A stretch of 64,000 nt of DNA from Spirochaetia bacterium (GTDB lineage: Bacteria > Spirochaetota > Spirochaetia > SZUA-6 > Bin103): assembly GCA_965208575.1 (NCBI GenBank), contig CBDBOV010000006.1, forward strand, positions 704,001 to 768,000, given 5' to 3'. Below are positions 28,350 to 38,255 of the stretch, piece after piece. Under the pieces are notes generated by a model that searched no databases, was not told the origin of the DNA, and was given only the letters and a program-made list of their open reading frames with translations. Each line of letters starts with the position of its first letter. Within the stretch, counting starts at the first letter, position 1. The position numbers were made by a program, and so were the translations under genes.

Positions 28350-28507
28350 CCCGTGCTCTCTGCGGCTCGCAGCGCCCTTCTCAGTCATTGATTTCATGTT
28401 ACCGGCTCCAGCCATGGGGCGAGCAAGCGTCGCGGACCGGCTGCAGCGCGGTGACGGCACGACCGGCGGCGGCGTCCGCGGGGCCGGTCACCGACCGCGC
28501 CCTCCGG

Positions 28508-29212
28508 TCACTCGACCGAACTCTCTGCGAGGCCGAACCGCTCGCGCAGTCCGTCGAGCGAGAACTCCTCGCCGCGCACGAAGTCGATCATCTCCTGCTC
28601 GCGCGCCACCACGTCGGCCGCCGCCTTCGGCAGGTCGGGGGCGATCTCCAGCGGAATGTTCACCACGCCGTTGGCGTCGCCGTGGATCAGGTCGCCGGGC
28701 ACCACCTCCACCTCGCTCACCGCCACGGGTACGTTCACGTCGACTACCTGGAAGCGGCCGTGGGCGGGCGTCATGCCCGGCGCGAAGTAGTGGAAGCCCA
28801 GCCCCCGCACGCCGTCCAGGTCGCGAATGCCGCCGTCGGTGACCAGGCCGATGGCGCCGAGCGCGTGGGCGGTGTTGGCCATCACGTCGCCGCAGTGGCA
28901 GGCGTGCGAATTGCGCGGCGAGATGTCCTTGAACACCAGCACCGCCGGCTTCGGCGCCGCGGCGACCGCCTCCCACAGGCGCAGCATCGGCGCCCGGCTC
29001 AGCTCCCGCGACGGGGTCATCGAGTCGACCGTGGCGGTAACCGCGTAGCCGAGCATCACGCCGAGGTTCGGGAACTGGCAGCGGATGTTCCAGCCCATGA
29101 ACCCCTCCGAGTCGCGCCGCACCTCGAACGGCTCGATGGCGTTGCAGATGGTGGGCGTGTCGATCTCCCTGAGGGCCTCGAACTGCTGCGGGGTAAGCAT
29201 GGCCGGCAGCAT
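28508..29212 (-). CDS. RraA-family / HMG aldolase-like protein
   Basis: IDTPTICNAIE, GYAVTA, CGDVM, VTDGGIRD, PGDLIHGDANGVV. Confidence 0.88.
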   Translation of the reverse strand: MLPAMLTPQQFEALREIDTPTICNAIEPFEVRRDSEGFMGWNIRCQFPNLGVMLGYAVTATVDSMTPSRELSRAPMLRLWEAVAAAPKPAVLVFKDISPRNSHACHCGDVMANTAHALGAIGLVTDGGIRDLDGVRGLGFHYFAPGMTPAHGRFQVVDVNVPVAVSEVEVVPGDLIHGDANGVVNIPLEIAPDLPKAAADVVAREQEMIDFVRGEEFSLDGLRERFGLAESSVE

Positions 29213-29267
29213 GCCCTACCGCGGCACCAGCGCCAAGCCCGCATCAGCCCGCTCGCGGCCGCCCGAT

Positions 29268-29939
29268 TCAGACGACCGGCCGCCTGCCGCTGATCGGCCT
29301 CAGGATCCGCACATCCGTGCTCAGGCACATCCGGCTTCGCTCGCGCACCGCCGCGTACCCGTCCGCCCATATTCGTTTCAGTTCGGGATCGGAGGGTTCC
29401 GGGGAAGCATCCCGCGTCTGTTCCCAATGCGCCATGTCATCGTACCGCGTCATCATGTAGATGCGTTTCTCGGGCGCGATGATCGACATCCACTGTCCCA
29501 GCGGCATGTGCCGCAGGCCCGTCTCGGCCCAGTGCCACCAGCGTTCCTCAGACAGGTACACCAACCGGTCGACGTCGTTGTCGCGCACCTCGAACGTCCT
29601 CACCGTGTAGATCCCCGGACTGCCCGACCCATCGTCCTTCGTCGGATGCCGCCGCGTCAGAAGCCGCATGGCGATCACGCTGGTGTCCCTGACCAACGCG
29701 GCGCGTGCCGTGGAAGCGTCTGAACTCCTGTCCCAGCCGCGAGTTGCCTGCCAATGGGCGAGGCTGTCGTAGCGGGTCATCGCCAGGATCCGCTCCGGAC
29801 CGCCCAGGACGACCGTCCACATCCCAATGGGTCTTGCCCCTTGCTTCTCCAGATCCGGCCAGAGTCGCTCCTCGCTGATTTTGACGAACTCGGCGTGATC
29901 CCTCCGCTCTACCTGAAAGCTCCGCAGGGTAAAGATCAT
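29268..29939 (-). CDS. Two-domain NIPSNAP-like (dimeric alpha/beta barrel) protein
   Basis: Internal duplication: IFTLRSFQV/IYTVRTFEV, SEERLW/SEERWW, MTRYDSLAHW/MTRYDDMAHW. Confidence 0.75.
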   Translation of the reverse strand: MIFTLRSFQVERRDHAEFVKISEERLWPDLEKQGARPIGMWTVVLGGPERILAMTRYDSLAHWQATRGWDRSSDASTARAALVRDTSVIAMRLLTRRHPTKDDGSGSPGIYTVRTFEVRDNDVDRLVYLSEERWWHWAETGLRHMPLGQWMSIIAPEKRIYMMTRYDDMAHWEQTRDASPEPSDPELKRIWADGYAAVRERSRMCLSTDVRILRPISGRRPVV

Positions 29940-30019
29940 GGCGCCGATAACTATGCCATAATCCGGCAGCGGGTGTGGCGCGGCGGAACACCCGGCACGC
30001 CCGCGGAGGAGACGACATC

Positions 30020-31396
30020 ATGTTGCCGAGGATCGAAGACCTGAGAGTGGTGCTGGAGCACGTGGTTGCGGACCGCGACGAGCGCGGCTACGAGGTGGAG
30101 GGCTTCCGCGAACGGATCGCGGCGGCCCCGGACAGCTACGACGCGCTGGCCGCCCTGCACGGCGAGCTGGACGCCGCGCCGCGGCGCGCGGACTGGCCCT
30201 ACGTGGAGCCGGAGGAGCTGGACGCGATCTGGGCCGAGTGCCCCGACCTGCCCGCCGACCCGGTGCGGCCGGTCGACCTGGACGACGCGCGGCGGCGCGC
30301 CGCGGCGGGTTTTCTCGGCTCGGTGTGCGGCTGCGTGCTCGGCAAGCCGGTCGAGGTGCGCACCACCATGGCGAAGCTGCGCGCCGCCGCCGAGGCGGCC
30401 GGCGAGTGGCCGATCCGCGACTACCTGTCCGAGGCCATGCTGGACGCGCTCGGCGACCGCCACCGGAGCTGGCCGGAGTCGGTGCGCGAACACATCCGCT
30501 TCGTGGCGCGCGACGACGACATCAACTACACGGTGCTCGGCATGCTGATCCTGGAGCAGCACGGCATCGCGTTCACGCGCGCCGACGTGATGCAGATGTG
30601 GCTGGCCAACCTGCCGCTCGGCTACACGTTCGGGCCGGAGCGGATGCTGCTGACCCGCGCCTCGGCGGTGGGCATCGCGGCACGCCTGCACGCCCGCCGC
30701 GGCCTGGCCGGGATCGGCGACGACCCGGAGCCGGTGCTGGCCGACCTGGTGGCGAGCTGGAACCCGGGCGACGAGCTGTGCGGGGCGCAGATCCGCGCCG
30801 ACGCCTACGGCTACGCATGCGCCGGTCGCCCGCGGCTGGCCGCCACCCTGGCGTGGCGCGACGCCGGCTGGACCCACCGCGCCACCGGCGTGTATGCCAC
30901 CATGTTCACCGCCGCCGCCATCGCCGGCGCCTTCGTGATCGACGATCCGCTGGAGCTGTGCCGCATGGCGCTGCGCTGCGTGCCCCGTAACAGCCGCTTC
31001 CGGGAGCGGGTCGGCGACTGCCTGGAGCAGGTGGCCGCGGCGAGCGACTGGCACGACGGCTACCGGCGCATCCACGACCGTTACGGCTGCTACGGCCACT
31101 GCCAGATCTACCAGGAGACCGGAACCCTCATCAACACGCTGCGCTTCGCGGCCGGCGTCGAGGAGGGCATCTGCATGCAGGTGAGCCAGGGCAACGACAC
31201 CGACAGCTACGGCGCCACCTGCGGCTCGCTGCTCGGCGTGCTGCACGGCCGCCCGCCGGAAGCGCGCTGGCTGGCGCCGTTCAACGACGAGATCCGCACC
31301 ACCGTGGCCGGCCTGTACGAGTCCTCCCTGGCCAAGGTGGCCGACCGCATGGGCCGCCTCCCCGGTCTGGCCGCGGCCCAAATTGACGATGGCTGA
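30020..31396 (+). CDS. ADP-ribosylglycohydrolase-family protein
   Basis: GGAGG RBS; GCVLGKPVE, DDDINYT, GAQIRAD, GNDTDSYGATCGS. Confidence 0.88.
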   Translation: MLPRIEDLRVVLEHVVADRDERGYEVEGFRERIAAAPDSYDALAALHGELDAAPRRADWPYVEPEELDAIWAECPDLPADPVRPVDLDDARRRAAAGFLGSVCGCVLGKPVEVRTTMAKLRAAAEAAGEWPIRDYLSEAMLDALGDRHRSWPESVREHIRFVARDDDINYTVLGMLILEQHGIAFTRADVMQMWLANLPLGYTFGPERMLLTRASAVGIAARLHARRGLAGIGDDPEPVLADLVASWNPGDELCGAQIRADAYGYACAGRPRLAATLAWRDAGWTHRATGVYATMFTAAAIAGAFVIDDPLELCRMALRCVPRNSRFRERVGDCLEQVAAASDWHDGYRRIHDRYGCYGHCQIYQETGTLINTLRFAAGVEEGICMQVSQGNDTDSYGATCGSLLGVLHGRPPEARWLAPFNDEIRTTVAGLYESSLAKVADRMGRLPGLAAAQIDDG

Positions 31397-31528
31397 TACG
31401 CGGCCCACTTGATTCGGCAGAATTCGACGTTATGATCCACTCGTGAAACGGCAACTCCGCGCGGACGACAGAAGCAAGCGTGAGATGGCGCCCGGCGGCC
31501 GGATGCGATCGGGCGCGGCCAACGGCTG

Positions 31529-31568
31529 TTGCCCCAAAGAGCCTCCCTGCAGTACGCTTGAACGTACA
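31529..31568 (+). promoter_or_regulatory. TA-operon promoter with paired GTAC operator cores
   Basis: TTGCCC at 31529, 18-bp spacer, TACGCT at 31553; GTAC palindromes at 31552 and 31564, 12 bp apart. Confidence 0.55.
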
Positions 31569-31584
31569 CTTGGAGGGACCACAC

Positions 31585-31866
31585 ATGGCACAGCTACCGG
31601 ATATCATTCCGGTCCGGGATCTGAGGCAAGCAACCGCTGCGGTCTTGCACCGGGTACAGTCTTCCGGCAAGCCGGTCGTGATCACCCAGCGAGGCCGGTC
31701 GGCGGCGGTGATGCTGAGCTTGGACGCGTACGAACGGAGCGAGCGGGAGCGCGAAGTGCTACGACTCCTGGTACGTGGCGAACAGGAGATCAGCGCCGGG
31801 ATCGGGCACGATCTGGATGATGTCCTCGCCGAAGCGGATGCGATACTTGCGCGCGATGGTTCGTGA
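31585..31866 (+). CDS. Phd/YefM-family antitoxin
   Basis: GGAGG RBS; IIPVRDLRQ...PVVITQRGRSAAVMLSLDAYE. Confidence 0.9.
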   Translation: MAQLPDIIPVRDLRQATAAVLHRVQSSGKPVVITQRGRSAAVMLSLDAYERSEREREVLRLLVRGEQEISAGIGHDLDDVLAEADAILARDGS

Positions 31867-32153
31867 GAGTCCGGTTCACCCCAGCCGGACGTACCCAGTT
31901 CCTGGAAGCCATTGCGTACATTCGGCGCGAGAATCCCTCGGCCGCTGACCGGTTCCGCGCCCGGGCGGAGGAGATCCTTCGCAGACTGCAACGCTTCCCA
32001 CACTCGGGCCGCATCGTGCCGGAGTTTCCGGACCTGCCCTATCGTGAAATCATCGTACGACCCTACCGGTTCTTCTACCGGGTGAGAGACCCCGTCGTAT
32101 GGGTTGTGGCAGTGTGGCATGGCGCGCAGATACCGGACGACCCGGACGCGTAA
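31863..32153 (+). CDS. RelE/ParE-family toxin
   Basis: GTGA overlap; YIRRENPSAA, FPHSGRIVPE, YREIIVRPYRFFYR, VAVWHGAQ. Confidence 0.9.
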   Translation: MRVRFTPAGRTQFLEAIAYIRRENPSAADRFRARAEEILRRLQRFPHSGRIVPEFPDLPYREIIVRPYRFFYRVRDPVVWVVAVWHGAQIPDDPDA

Positions 32154-32204
32154 AGGGAGGGGGCTCCGCTTCGGTGGACAGCCTCGGCGACACGAGACGC
32201 CGGA

Positions 32205-34037
32205 TCAATCGGCGCGGCGCTGCACCGTCACAAGAGCGTCCGCAGGCGCGAGCGGCACCGTGCTGGCGGCTCCGTCCGGCCACACCACGGCCAAGGTCAG
32301 CGGGCGCTCGCCCGCCGGAAAGCCGAAGTGTGCGCGCGGCGGGTCGCTTGACAGGTAACCGCTGCTGACGCGCGTTTCGCGCCAGTAGGTGCGCTGGTCG
32401 GTGGTCAGCGCCAGGCGCGCGCCGACCGCGAACGGGTTGGCCGTCCCAGGCCAGGCGAGGTCCACCTGCAGGCTCGCACCGCCGCACACCTGGTTCTCGA
32501 AAAGGACGGCGGGCGCCTGGAAGTTGTTGACCACGGCATCCAGGTCACCGTCCAGGTCCAGGTCGGCCAGCGCCATGCCGCGGCCGCTCTCGGTGGCGCC
32601 CAGGCCCCACTCCGGCACGGGGACGAACACCCCCGCGCCGTCGTTGCGCAGCGCCTGGTTCTCCTCCACCAGCTCCGCCCCCGGCAGGTGTCCGAACGCC
32701 TCCCCCACCATGCCGTTCACCGTGTACAGGTCCAGGTCGCCGTCGTTGTCGAGATCGCCGAACTGGACCGACCAGCTCCAGCCGGTGGCGTCCACGCCGG
32801 CGCTTGCCGCGCGGTTCTCATACTCGCCGTCGGCGCCCCGCACCTGCAGCGTGTTGGCGTAGATCTGTTCGCGATCGGTGGCGGCGGCATCGGCCGGCAG
32901 CACCGGCGCCCATGCGGCGTCCACCTCGGGGCTCGACGCGTACGGCTTCATGTCCGCGGCGAACAGCTCGAAACGGCCATCGTTGTCGATGTCGCCCTCG
33001 GCGAACGCCATCGTGTTGTAGGTGGTCTGCCGGAACGGCTCGGCCGCAACCCAGCGCCTTGGACGGTTGAGGTAGACGTAGTCCGGCACCTCGTAGTCGT
33101 TGCCGACCACGATGTCGCGGCGGCCGTCGCCATCGAGATCGGGCAGCGCGATCGCCAGCGCCATCGCACCGCCCGACATGCGCAGGTGCCGGAACAGCAG
33201 GTTGCCGGGCTGAAACGCGTCGCGCGGTTCGCGAGCGCCCAGGTTCTCGTAGTAGTACACGCCGCGCAACCGGGTCCGGGTGTCGGGGTCGGCGTCGTCC
33301 ATCCGGCTGAGGAACAGCGCGCGGCGCTCGATCTCGTCGAGCTCCTCGTCGTAGGTGCCGCCCACGAGGTCCAGGTCGCCGTCGCCGTCCAGGTCCGCCC
33401 ACGCCATGGTGTGGATCGGGAAGCGGGCGGTGAAACGGCCCTCCTCGACCGGTGCGAAGGTGCGGGCGGCGCCAGCTCCGCGCAGCCAGATCGGCTGCCC
33501 GTCGCGGACCGTCGCCACCAGGTCGAGGAAGCCGTCGCCATCCACGTCCACGGCGTTGACGGCGCGGGTCTGCCGTGTGTCCAGCACCGCGCGCTCGAAC
33601 CGGATTCCCGGTCCCACGTTCCAGAGCACGGTCAACGGCGCGGCGAGACCGGCCAGCGCGATGTCGATGGCGCCGTTGCCGTCGATGTCGGCGAGCGCCA
33701 CACCGGCGCCGTTGCTGTCGAACGGCTGCCGCGGATGGTTCGCCCGGGTCTGGTGCGGGAGTTCATGGCGGATGAATCGGCCGGAGCACGCGGACGGTTC
33801 GCGCAGCGGCGTGGCACGTACCACGGCGGCCACTGCTTCGACAGCGCCTGCAACGGAGCGGTCCGGCCCGGTGTCCGCTGCCTGGGCGGCGCCCATCGCT
33901 GCGCAGGCCCACAACCATACCGCCGTCGCTCCGAGCCGGACACGCCGCCGGTTCCATGCCGAACTTCGACGATGCGGACGGCTGAAGCCGTCCTCGCCGG
34001 ACGACGGTAGGGGCGGTTCGGAGGGTTGCGCGCTCAC
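32205..34037 (-). CDS. CRTAC1-like FG-GAP/VCBS repeat protein with ASPIC/UnbV domain
   Basis: Repeated D-x-D-G/N-D-G-x-x-D motifs; C-terminal AVGARL...GYLSSD...AHFG...VVWPDG; signal-like segment. Confidence 0.88.
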   Translation of the reverse strand: MSAQPSEPPLPSSGEDGFSRPHRRSSAWNRRRVRLGATAVWLWACAAMGAAQAADTGPDRSVAGAVEAVAAVVRATPLREPSACSGRFIRHELPHQTRANHPRQPFDSNGAGVALADIDGNGAIDIALAGLAAPLTVLWNVGPGIRFERAVLDTRQTRAVNAVDVDGDGFLDLVATVRDGQPIWLRGAGAARTFAPVEEGRFTARFPIHTMAWADLDGDGDLDLVGGTYDEELDEIERRALFLSRMDDADPDTRTRLRGVYYYENLGAREPRDAFQPGNLLFRHLRMSGGAMALAIALPDLDGDGRRDIVVGNDYEVPDYVYLNRPRRWVAAEPFRQTTYNTMAFAEGDIDNDGRFELFAADMKPYASSPEVDAAWAPVLPADAAATDREQIYANTLQVRGADGEYENRAASAGVDATGWSWSVQFGDLDNDGDLDLYTVNGMVGEAFGHLPGAELVEENQALRNDGAGVFVPVPEWGLGATESGRGMALADLDLDGDLDAVVNNFQAPAVLFENQVCGGASLQVDLAWPGTANPFAVGARLALTTDQRTYWRETRVSSGYLSSDPPRAHFGFPAGERPLTLAVVWPDGAASTVPLAPADALVTVQRRAD

Positions 34038-34265
34038 TACCGTAGCCTAAGACACCGGCGCAATCGCTTCCAAGCGACTCGCGGTCATCGGGAGGCGGCG
34101 CCCGCGGCACGCGCGCGGCAGTCGCGAAGCGCGCGGATTCGAGCCGTCACGCACGGTCGGATCGCCGCCGCCGCTCAGCCGCGCGACCCGCTCCCTCGGC
34201 TGCCCACCGAACGGCTCGGTTGCCAACCCGAGAAGCAGCATCTAAGGTGTCGCAGGCCCGATGCC

Positions 34266-35222
34266 GTGCAAGCCTACGTGATCCGCCGCATCCTGCTGCT
34301 CATCCCGACGTTCATCATTCTCACCATGCTGGTGTTCCTGTCGGTGCGGCTGATTCCCGGCGACGTAGTGGACGCCACCATGGCACAACTCGAGTTCGAC
34401 GTGCAGGACATCGACCGCGAGCAGGTGGAGCGCATGCTCGGCCTGGACAAGCCGATCTACGTGCAGTACCTCAACTGGGTCGGGGGCATCGTGCTGGAGG
34501 GCACGCTCGGCGACTCGTTCATGGGAGCGTTCAAGGTGGAGGAGCGAATCGCCGGGCGGTTCCGGGTCACCCTCGAGCTGGGCCTGATCTCGATCTTCAT
34601 CGCGCTGATCATCGCCATCCCGGTCGGCATCTACTCCGCGGTGCGCCAGGACACTGCCGGCGACTACGCGGGACGAACGCTGGCGGTGCTGGGACTGGCC
34701 ACCCCCAACTTCTGGCTGGCCACCATCGTGCTGATCTACCCGGCGATCTGGTGGGCGTGGGCGCCGCCGACCGACCTGGTCTACTTTCTGGACCACCCGC
34801 TCAAGAACATCTGGCTGTACACCATTCCGGGCCTGATCCTGGGCACGGCGATGTCGGCCGGCACCATGCGCATCATGCGCACCATGATGCTGGAGGTGCT
34901 GCGCCAGGACTACATCCGCACCGCCTGGTCGAAGGGCCTGCGCGAGCGCATGATCATCCTGCGCCACGTGATCCGCAACGCGCTCATCCCGGTGGTCACC
35001 GTGATCGGCCTGCAGGTGCCGATCATCATCGGCGGCTCGGTAATCATCGAGAACCTGTTCGCGCTGCCCGGCCTCGGGCGGCTGGCGGTAAACGCCCTCA
35101 TCGACCGCGACTACCCGGTGGTGTCCGGGGTGAACCTGATCTTCGCGTCGCTGGTCCTGGCGCTCAACCTGGTCGTGGACATCCTGTACGCGTTTCTGGA
35201 CCCGCGCGTGCAGCACGGGTAG
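34266..35222 (+). CDS. Peptide/nickel ABC permease (DppB/OppB-like)
   Basis: YVIRRILLLIP, GLDKPIYVQY, DYIRTAWSKGL, RDYPVV, LDPRV. Confidence 0.92.
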   Translation: MQAYVIRRILLLIPTFIILTMLVFLSVRLIPGDVVDATMAQLEFDVQDIDREQVERMLGLDKPIYVQYLNWVGGIVLEGTLGDSFMGAFKVEERIAGRFRVTLELGLISIFIALIIAIPVGIYSAVRQDTAGDYAGRTLAVLGLATPNFWLATIVLIYPAIWWAWAPPTDLVYFLDHPLKNIWLYTIPGLILGTAMSAGTMRIMRTMMLEVLRQDYIRTAWSKGLRERMIILRHVIRNALIPVVTVIGLQVPIIIGGSVIIENLFALPGLGRLAVNALIDRDYPVVSGVNLIFASLVLALNLVVDILYAFLDPRVQHG

Positions 35223-35227
35223 CAGGC

Positions 35228-36229
35228 ATGGCGACGGAATCGGCGGCGCCCCGGCCCACGGAGGTCCCCGTCAAGCGAAGCTTTACCCGCGACCTGCTGG
35301 TGCGCCTGTTTCGCGAGCGGCCGCTGGGCGCGTGGTGCGGCGTGGTGGTGCTGGTCCTGTGCGTGATGGCGGTGTTCGCCGACCGGCTGGCGCCGTTCCC
35401 GTTCAGCGAGATCCACCTGATCGACCGGCTGTCCGGCTCCACCACCACCTACCTGCTGGGCACCGACCAGTTGGGCCGCGACTTGCTCAGCCGGCTGATC
35501 CACGGCGCGCGCTTGTCGCTCGGGGTGGGCATCGCCGCCACCTCGGTGAGCCTCCTGGTGTCGCTGCTGGTCGGCGGCGTCGGCGGCTTCGTGGGCGGCA
35601 AGCTGGACATCGTCATCCAGCGCTTCGTGGATGCCTGGCTGTCGTTCCCGGGGCTGCTGCTGCTGCTCACCATCCTGTCGACGTTCGGGCGCGGGGTGCT
35701 GCAGATCATCGTCATCCTGGGGATATCGGCCGGCATCGGCAACGCGCGGGTGGTGCGCAGCGCGGTGATCGCGATCAAGGCCAACCCCTACTTCGAGGCG
35801 GCGCGCAGCATCGGCAGCCCGCTGAAGCGCACCCTGCTGCGCCACGTGTGGCCCAACATCACCGCGCCGATCATCGTGATCTTCTCGATCACCATCGGCG
35901 GCGTGATCATTTCCGAGGCGTCACTGAGCTTCCTCGGCTTCGGCTTGCCGGAGGAGGTGCCGAGCTGGGGCACGATGCTGAGCAAGGAAGGGCGCAAGTA
36001 CATGGAGGTGTCGCCGCGGCTGGCGATGCTGCCGGGGCTGGCGCTTACTATCGTGGTGTACTGCCTGAACATGCTCGGCGACGCGCTGCGCGACCTGCTC
36101 GATCCGCGGCTGCGCGGCGCCGGCGGGGCATCGAGCGGCGGCGGCAGCTACGGCCGGCTCGCCGCCCGCGACGCCACCCGCGCCCTGCAGCGCGCCGAAC
36201 AGCGCCAGCAACGCAGGCGCAACTCCTGA
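35228..36229 (+). CDS. Peptide/nickel ABC permease (DppC/OppC-like)
   Basis: LLGTDQLGRDLLSRLIHGARLSL, EASLSFLGFG, PSWGTML, GDALRDLLDPR. Confidence 0.92.
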   Translation: MATESAAPRPTEVPVKRSFTRDLLVRLFRERPLGAWCGVVVLVLCVMAVFADRLAPFPFSEIHLIDRLSGSTTTYLLGTDQLGRDLLSRLIHGARLSLGVGIAATSVSLLVSLLVGGVGGFVGGKLDIVIQRFVDAWLSFPGLLLLLTILSTFGRGVLQIIVILGISAGIGNARVVRSAVIAIKANPYFEAARSIGSPLKRTLLRHVWPNITAPIIVIFSITIGGVIISEASLSFLGFGLPEEVPSWGTMLSKEGRKYMEVSPRLAMLPGLALTIVVYCLNMLGDALRDLLDPRLRGAGGASSGGGSYGRLAARDATRALQRAEQRQQRRRNS

Positions 36230-36249
36230 CCCCCAATTCGAAGCGAAGC

Positions 36250-36289
36250 AAATAGAAGAAGGGCGGCCAAGCCATCGCTCGACCGCCCT
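36250..36289 (-). terminator. Putative intrinsic terminator between convergent dppC and binding-protein genes
   Basis: AGGGCGG (36260) pairs with CCGCCCT (36283); pyrimidine-rich tail on the minus strand. Confidence 0.45.
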
Positions 36290-36335
36290 CCGTCGGTGGC
36301 CGCTTCGCACCACGGCCAATACGTGTCGCCCTCGC

Positions 36336-38153
36336 TCAGAAGCCCATCTCGGCCTTCAGGGCCTGGTCGATCCACAGGCGGGCGAACACCTGATTCTTCT
36401 GCCACACGCCCATGTAGAAGTCGCCGTTGAAGCCGCCGACCCACGGCTGGCTGAAGTTGAAGTTCGGCGCAATCGGGCCCCACGTGTACCAGTGCTGCTG
36501 CACCAGGTAGTGGTCGGCCTCCTTCACCAGTGCCTTCAGCTCGTCGTAGCTGGTTGCCTCGCGCGCCTGCTTGACCAGGTCGTTGTAGACCGGGTCGTCG
36601 TACTGGCCGCGGTTCCACTTCGCCCCCGGCTCCTGCCACTGCAGCGAGTCGAGCGGGAAGTAGGGCGTGCCGGAGATCGCCGGAGACAGCCCGAACAACT
36701 GGCCGTTGTCGAGCCGGCTGACGAACTCGGCGCCGTCCACCGCATCGACCACCACCTCCACGCCGATCGCCTTCCAGTATTCGACCGCAACCGCCGGGTA
36801 GTCCTGCAGCGGCCCGGTGCTCGACTGCTGCAGCGGTACCGTGAACCGCACGCCGTCGTCACCGCGCGGATAGCCGGCCGCGTCCAGGAGCGCCTCCGCC
36901 CCTTCCGGATCGTAGCTGTATGCGTGCTGCAACTCCGGCGACCAATCCTCGTACGGGATCACGTAGTCCTTCAACGCCCGGCCGACCACGCCCTGCGGCG
37001 TCGCCAGCGCCTTGCCCTTGTAGAGGGTTGCGGCGATGGTCTCGTTGTCGAGCGCCATCTGCATCGCCTGCCGCACGCGGATGTCGTCAAACGGCTTGTC
37101 CTGCACGTACATGGCGAACACCTGGTTGGAGCGGAAGTAGTACGAGTTGGCGCGCAACTCCGGGTTGGTGCGCAGCAGGCTGTCCGCCTCGTCGATGGTG
37201 CTCAGGTGGGTCGACATGTTGTGGCCGATGTAGTCGATGCGGCCGGCGCGCAGCGCGGCGATGTAGGTCGCCGACTCCGGCATGATCAGCACCTTGACCT
37301 CGTCGACGTAGGGAAGCTGATTGTCGGGATATTTCTCGTCGTGCCCCCAGTAGTCGGGGTTCTTGTGGAAGGTGAGCGACTCCGCCTCTACCCAGTCCAC
37401 CAGCATGAACGGTCCGGTACCCACCAGCGTGCGCCAGTCGGCCACGTCGCCGTTCGCCTCGATCACTTCCGGCGGCAGAATGAAGCCGAAGTTGTCGTCG
37501 ATCAGCACCTTCAACGCGTCCAGCGGCGGCGTGTCGATCTCGATATACACCGTGTCGTCGCTGATCGCCTCCAGTCTCGTGAAGTTGAGTTGCGGCATGC
37601 GGCTGGTATTCGGCGGCGGCTCCTCGAACGGACCGGTGCCGCTGAGCCGCTGGAAGTTGAATACGATGTCCCTCGCCGTCAGCTTGCGCCCGTTCATCGG
37701 CGCCTTGTCATGCCAGTGCGCGTTCTCGCGCACGGTGAAGATGAACGTGCTTGGGTCCGGCTGCTCCCAACTCTGCGCCAGCGCCCCGCCGTAGTGGGTG
37801 ATGTCCAGGTACTCGGTCGACAGCGGGTTGATGCTGCGGTCGATGCCCCAGTTGGCGATGCCGAGCTTCTCGACCACGCCGGAATTGGCGTAGCCGGCGC
37901 TCAGGCCGCCTACCGACTGGTCGGTGTTGGCAATGTCGCGGTCGTTGGCGGCGGTCAGCGTGCCGCCGTACTGCGGCGCCGGCACCTCCATGCCGGTGGT
38001 CGGGTCGATCACCATCTCCCGCTCCATGGTGGCCGCGGCCGGCTCTTCTTCCGCGGCCGCCGCCCACGCGCCGGCAGCGGCCAGCGCCAGGCCGAGCAGC
38101 ACCATGGCCGCCCGGCCGCACAGGCACGGACCGGATTGTGTACGAATCTTCAT
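36336..38153 (-). CDS. ABC substrate-binding protein, family 5
   Basis: GAGGAG RBS; signal peptide; PQYGGTLT, VGTGPFML, LPYVDEV, PFDDIRVRQAM, YDPEGAEALLDAAGY. Confidence 0.92.
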   Translation of the reverse strand: MKIRTQSGPCLCGRAAMVLLGLALAAAGAWAAAAEEEPAAATMEREMVIDPTTGMEVPAPQYGGTLTAANDRDIANTDQSVGGLSAGYANSGVVEKLGIANWGIDRSINPLSTEYLDITHYGGALAQSWEQPDPSTFIFTVRENAHWHDKAPMNGRKLTARDIVFNFQRLSGTGPFEEPPPNTSRMPQLNFTRLEAISDDTVYIEIDTPPLDALKVLIDDNFGFILPPEVIEANGDVADWRTLVGTGPFMLVDWVEAESLTFHKNPDYWGHDEKYPDNQLPYVDEVKVLIMPESATYIAALRAGRIDYIGHNMSTHLSTIDEADSLLRTNPELRANSYYFRSNQVFAMYVQDKPFDDIRVRQAMQMALDNETIAATLYKGKALATPQGVVGRALKDYVIPYEDWSPELQHAYSYDPEGAEALLDAAGYPRGDDGVRFTVPLQQSSTGPLQDYPAVAVEYWKAIGVEVVVDAVDGAEFVSRLDNGQLFGLSPAISGTPYFPLDSLQWQEPGAKWNRGQYDDPVYNDLVKQAREATSYDELKALVKEADHYLVQQHWYTWGPIAPNFNFSQPWVGGFNGDFYMGVWQKNQVFARLWIDQALKAEMGF

Positions 38154-38255
38154 TCCATCCTCCTCGTGTGGATGTGTGATTCGCACACCCTAATCCGCGG
38201 CCGTCCGGCCGTCAAACCGGCGCCGCGGGCGGGCCGGGTGACGCCGGACGGAGCA

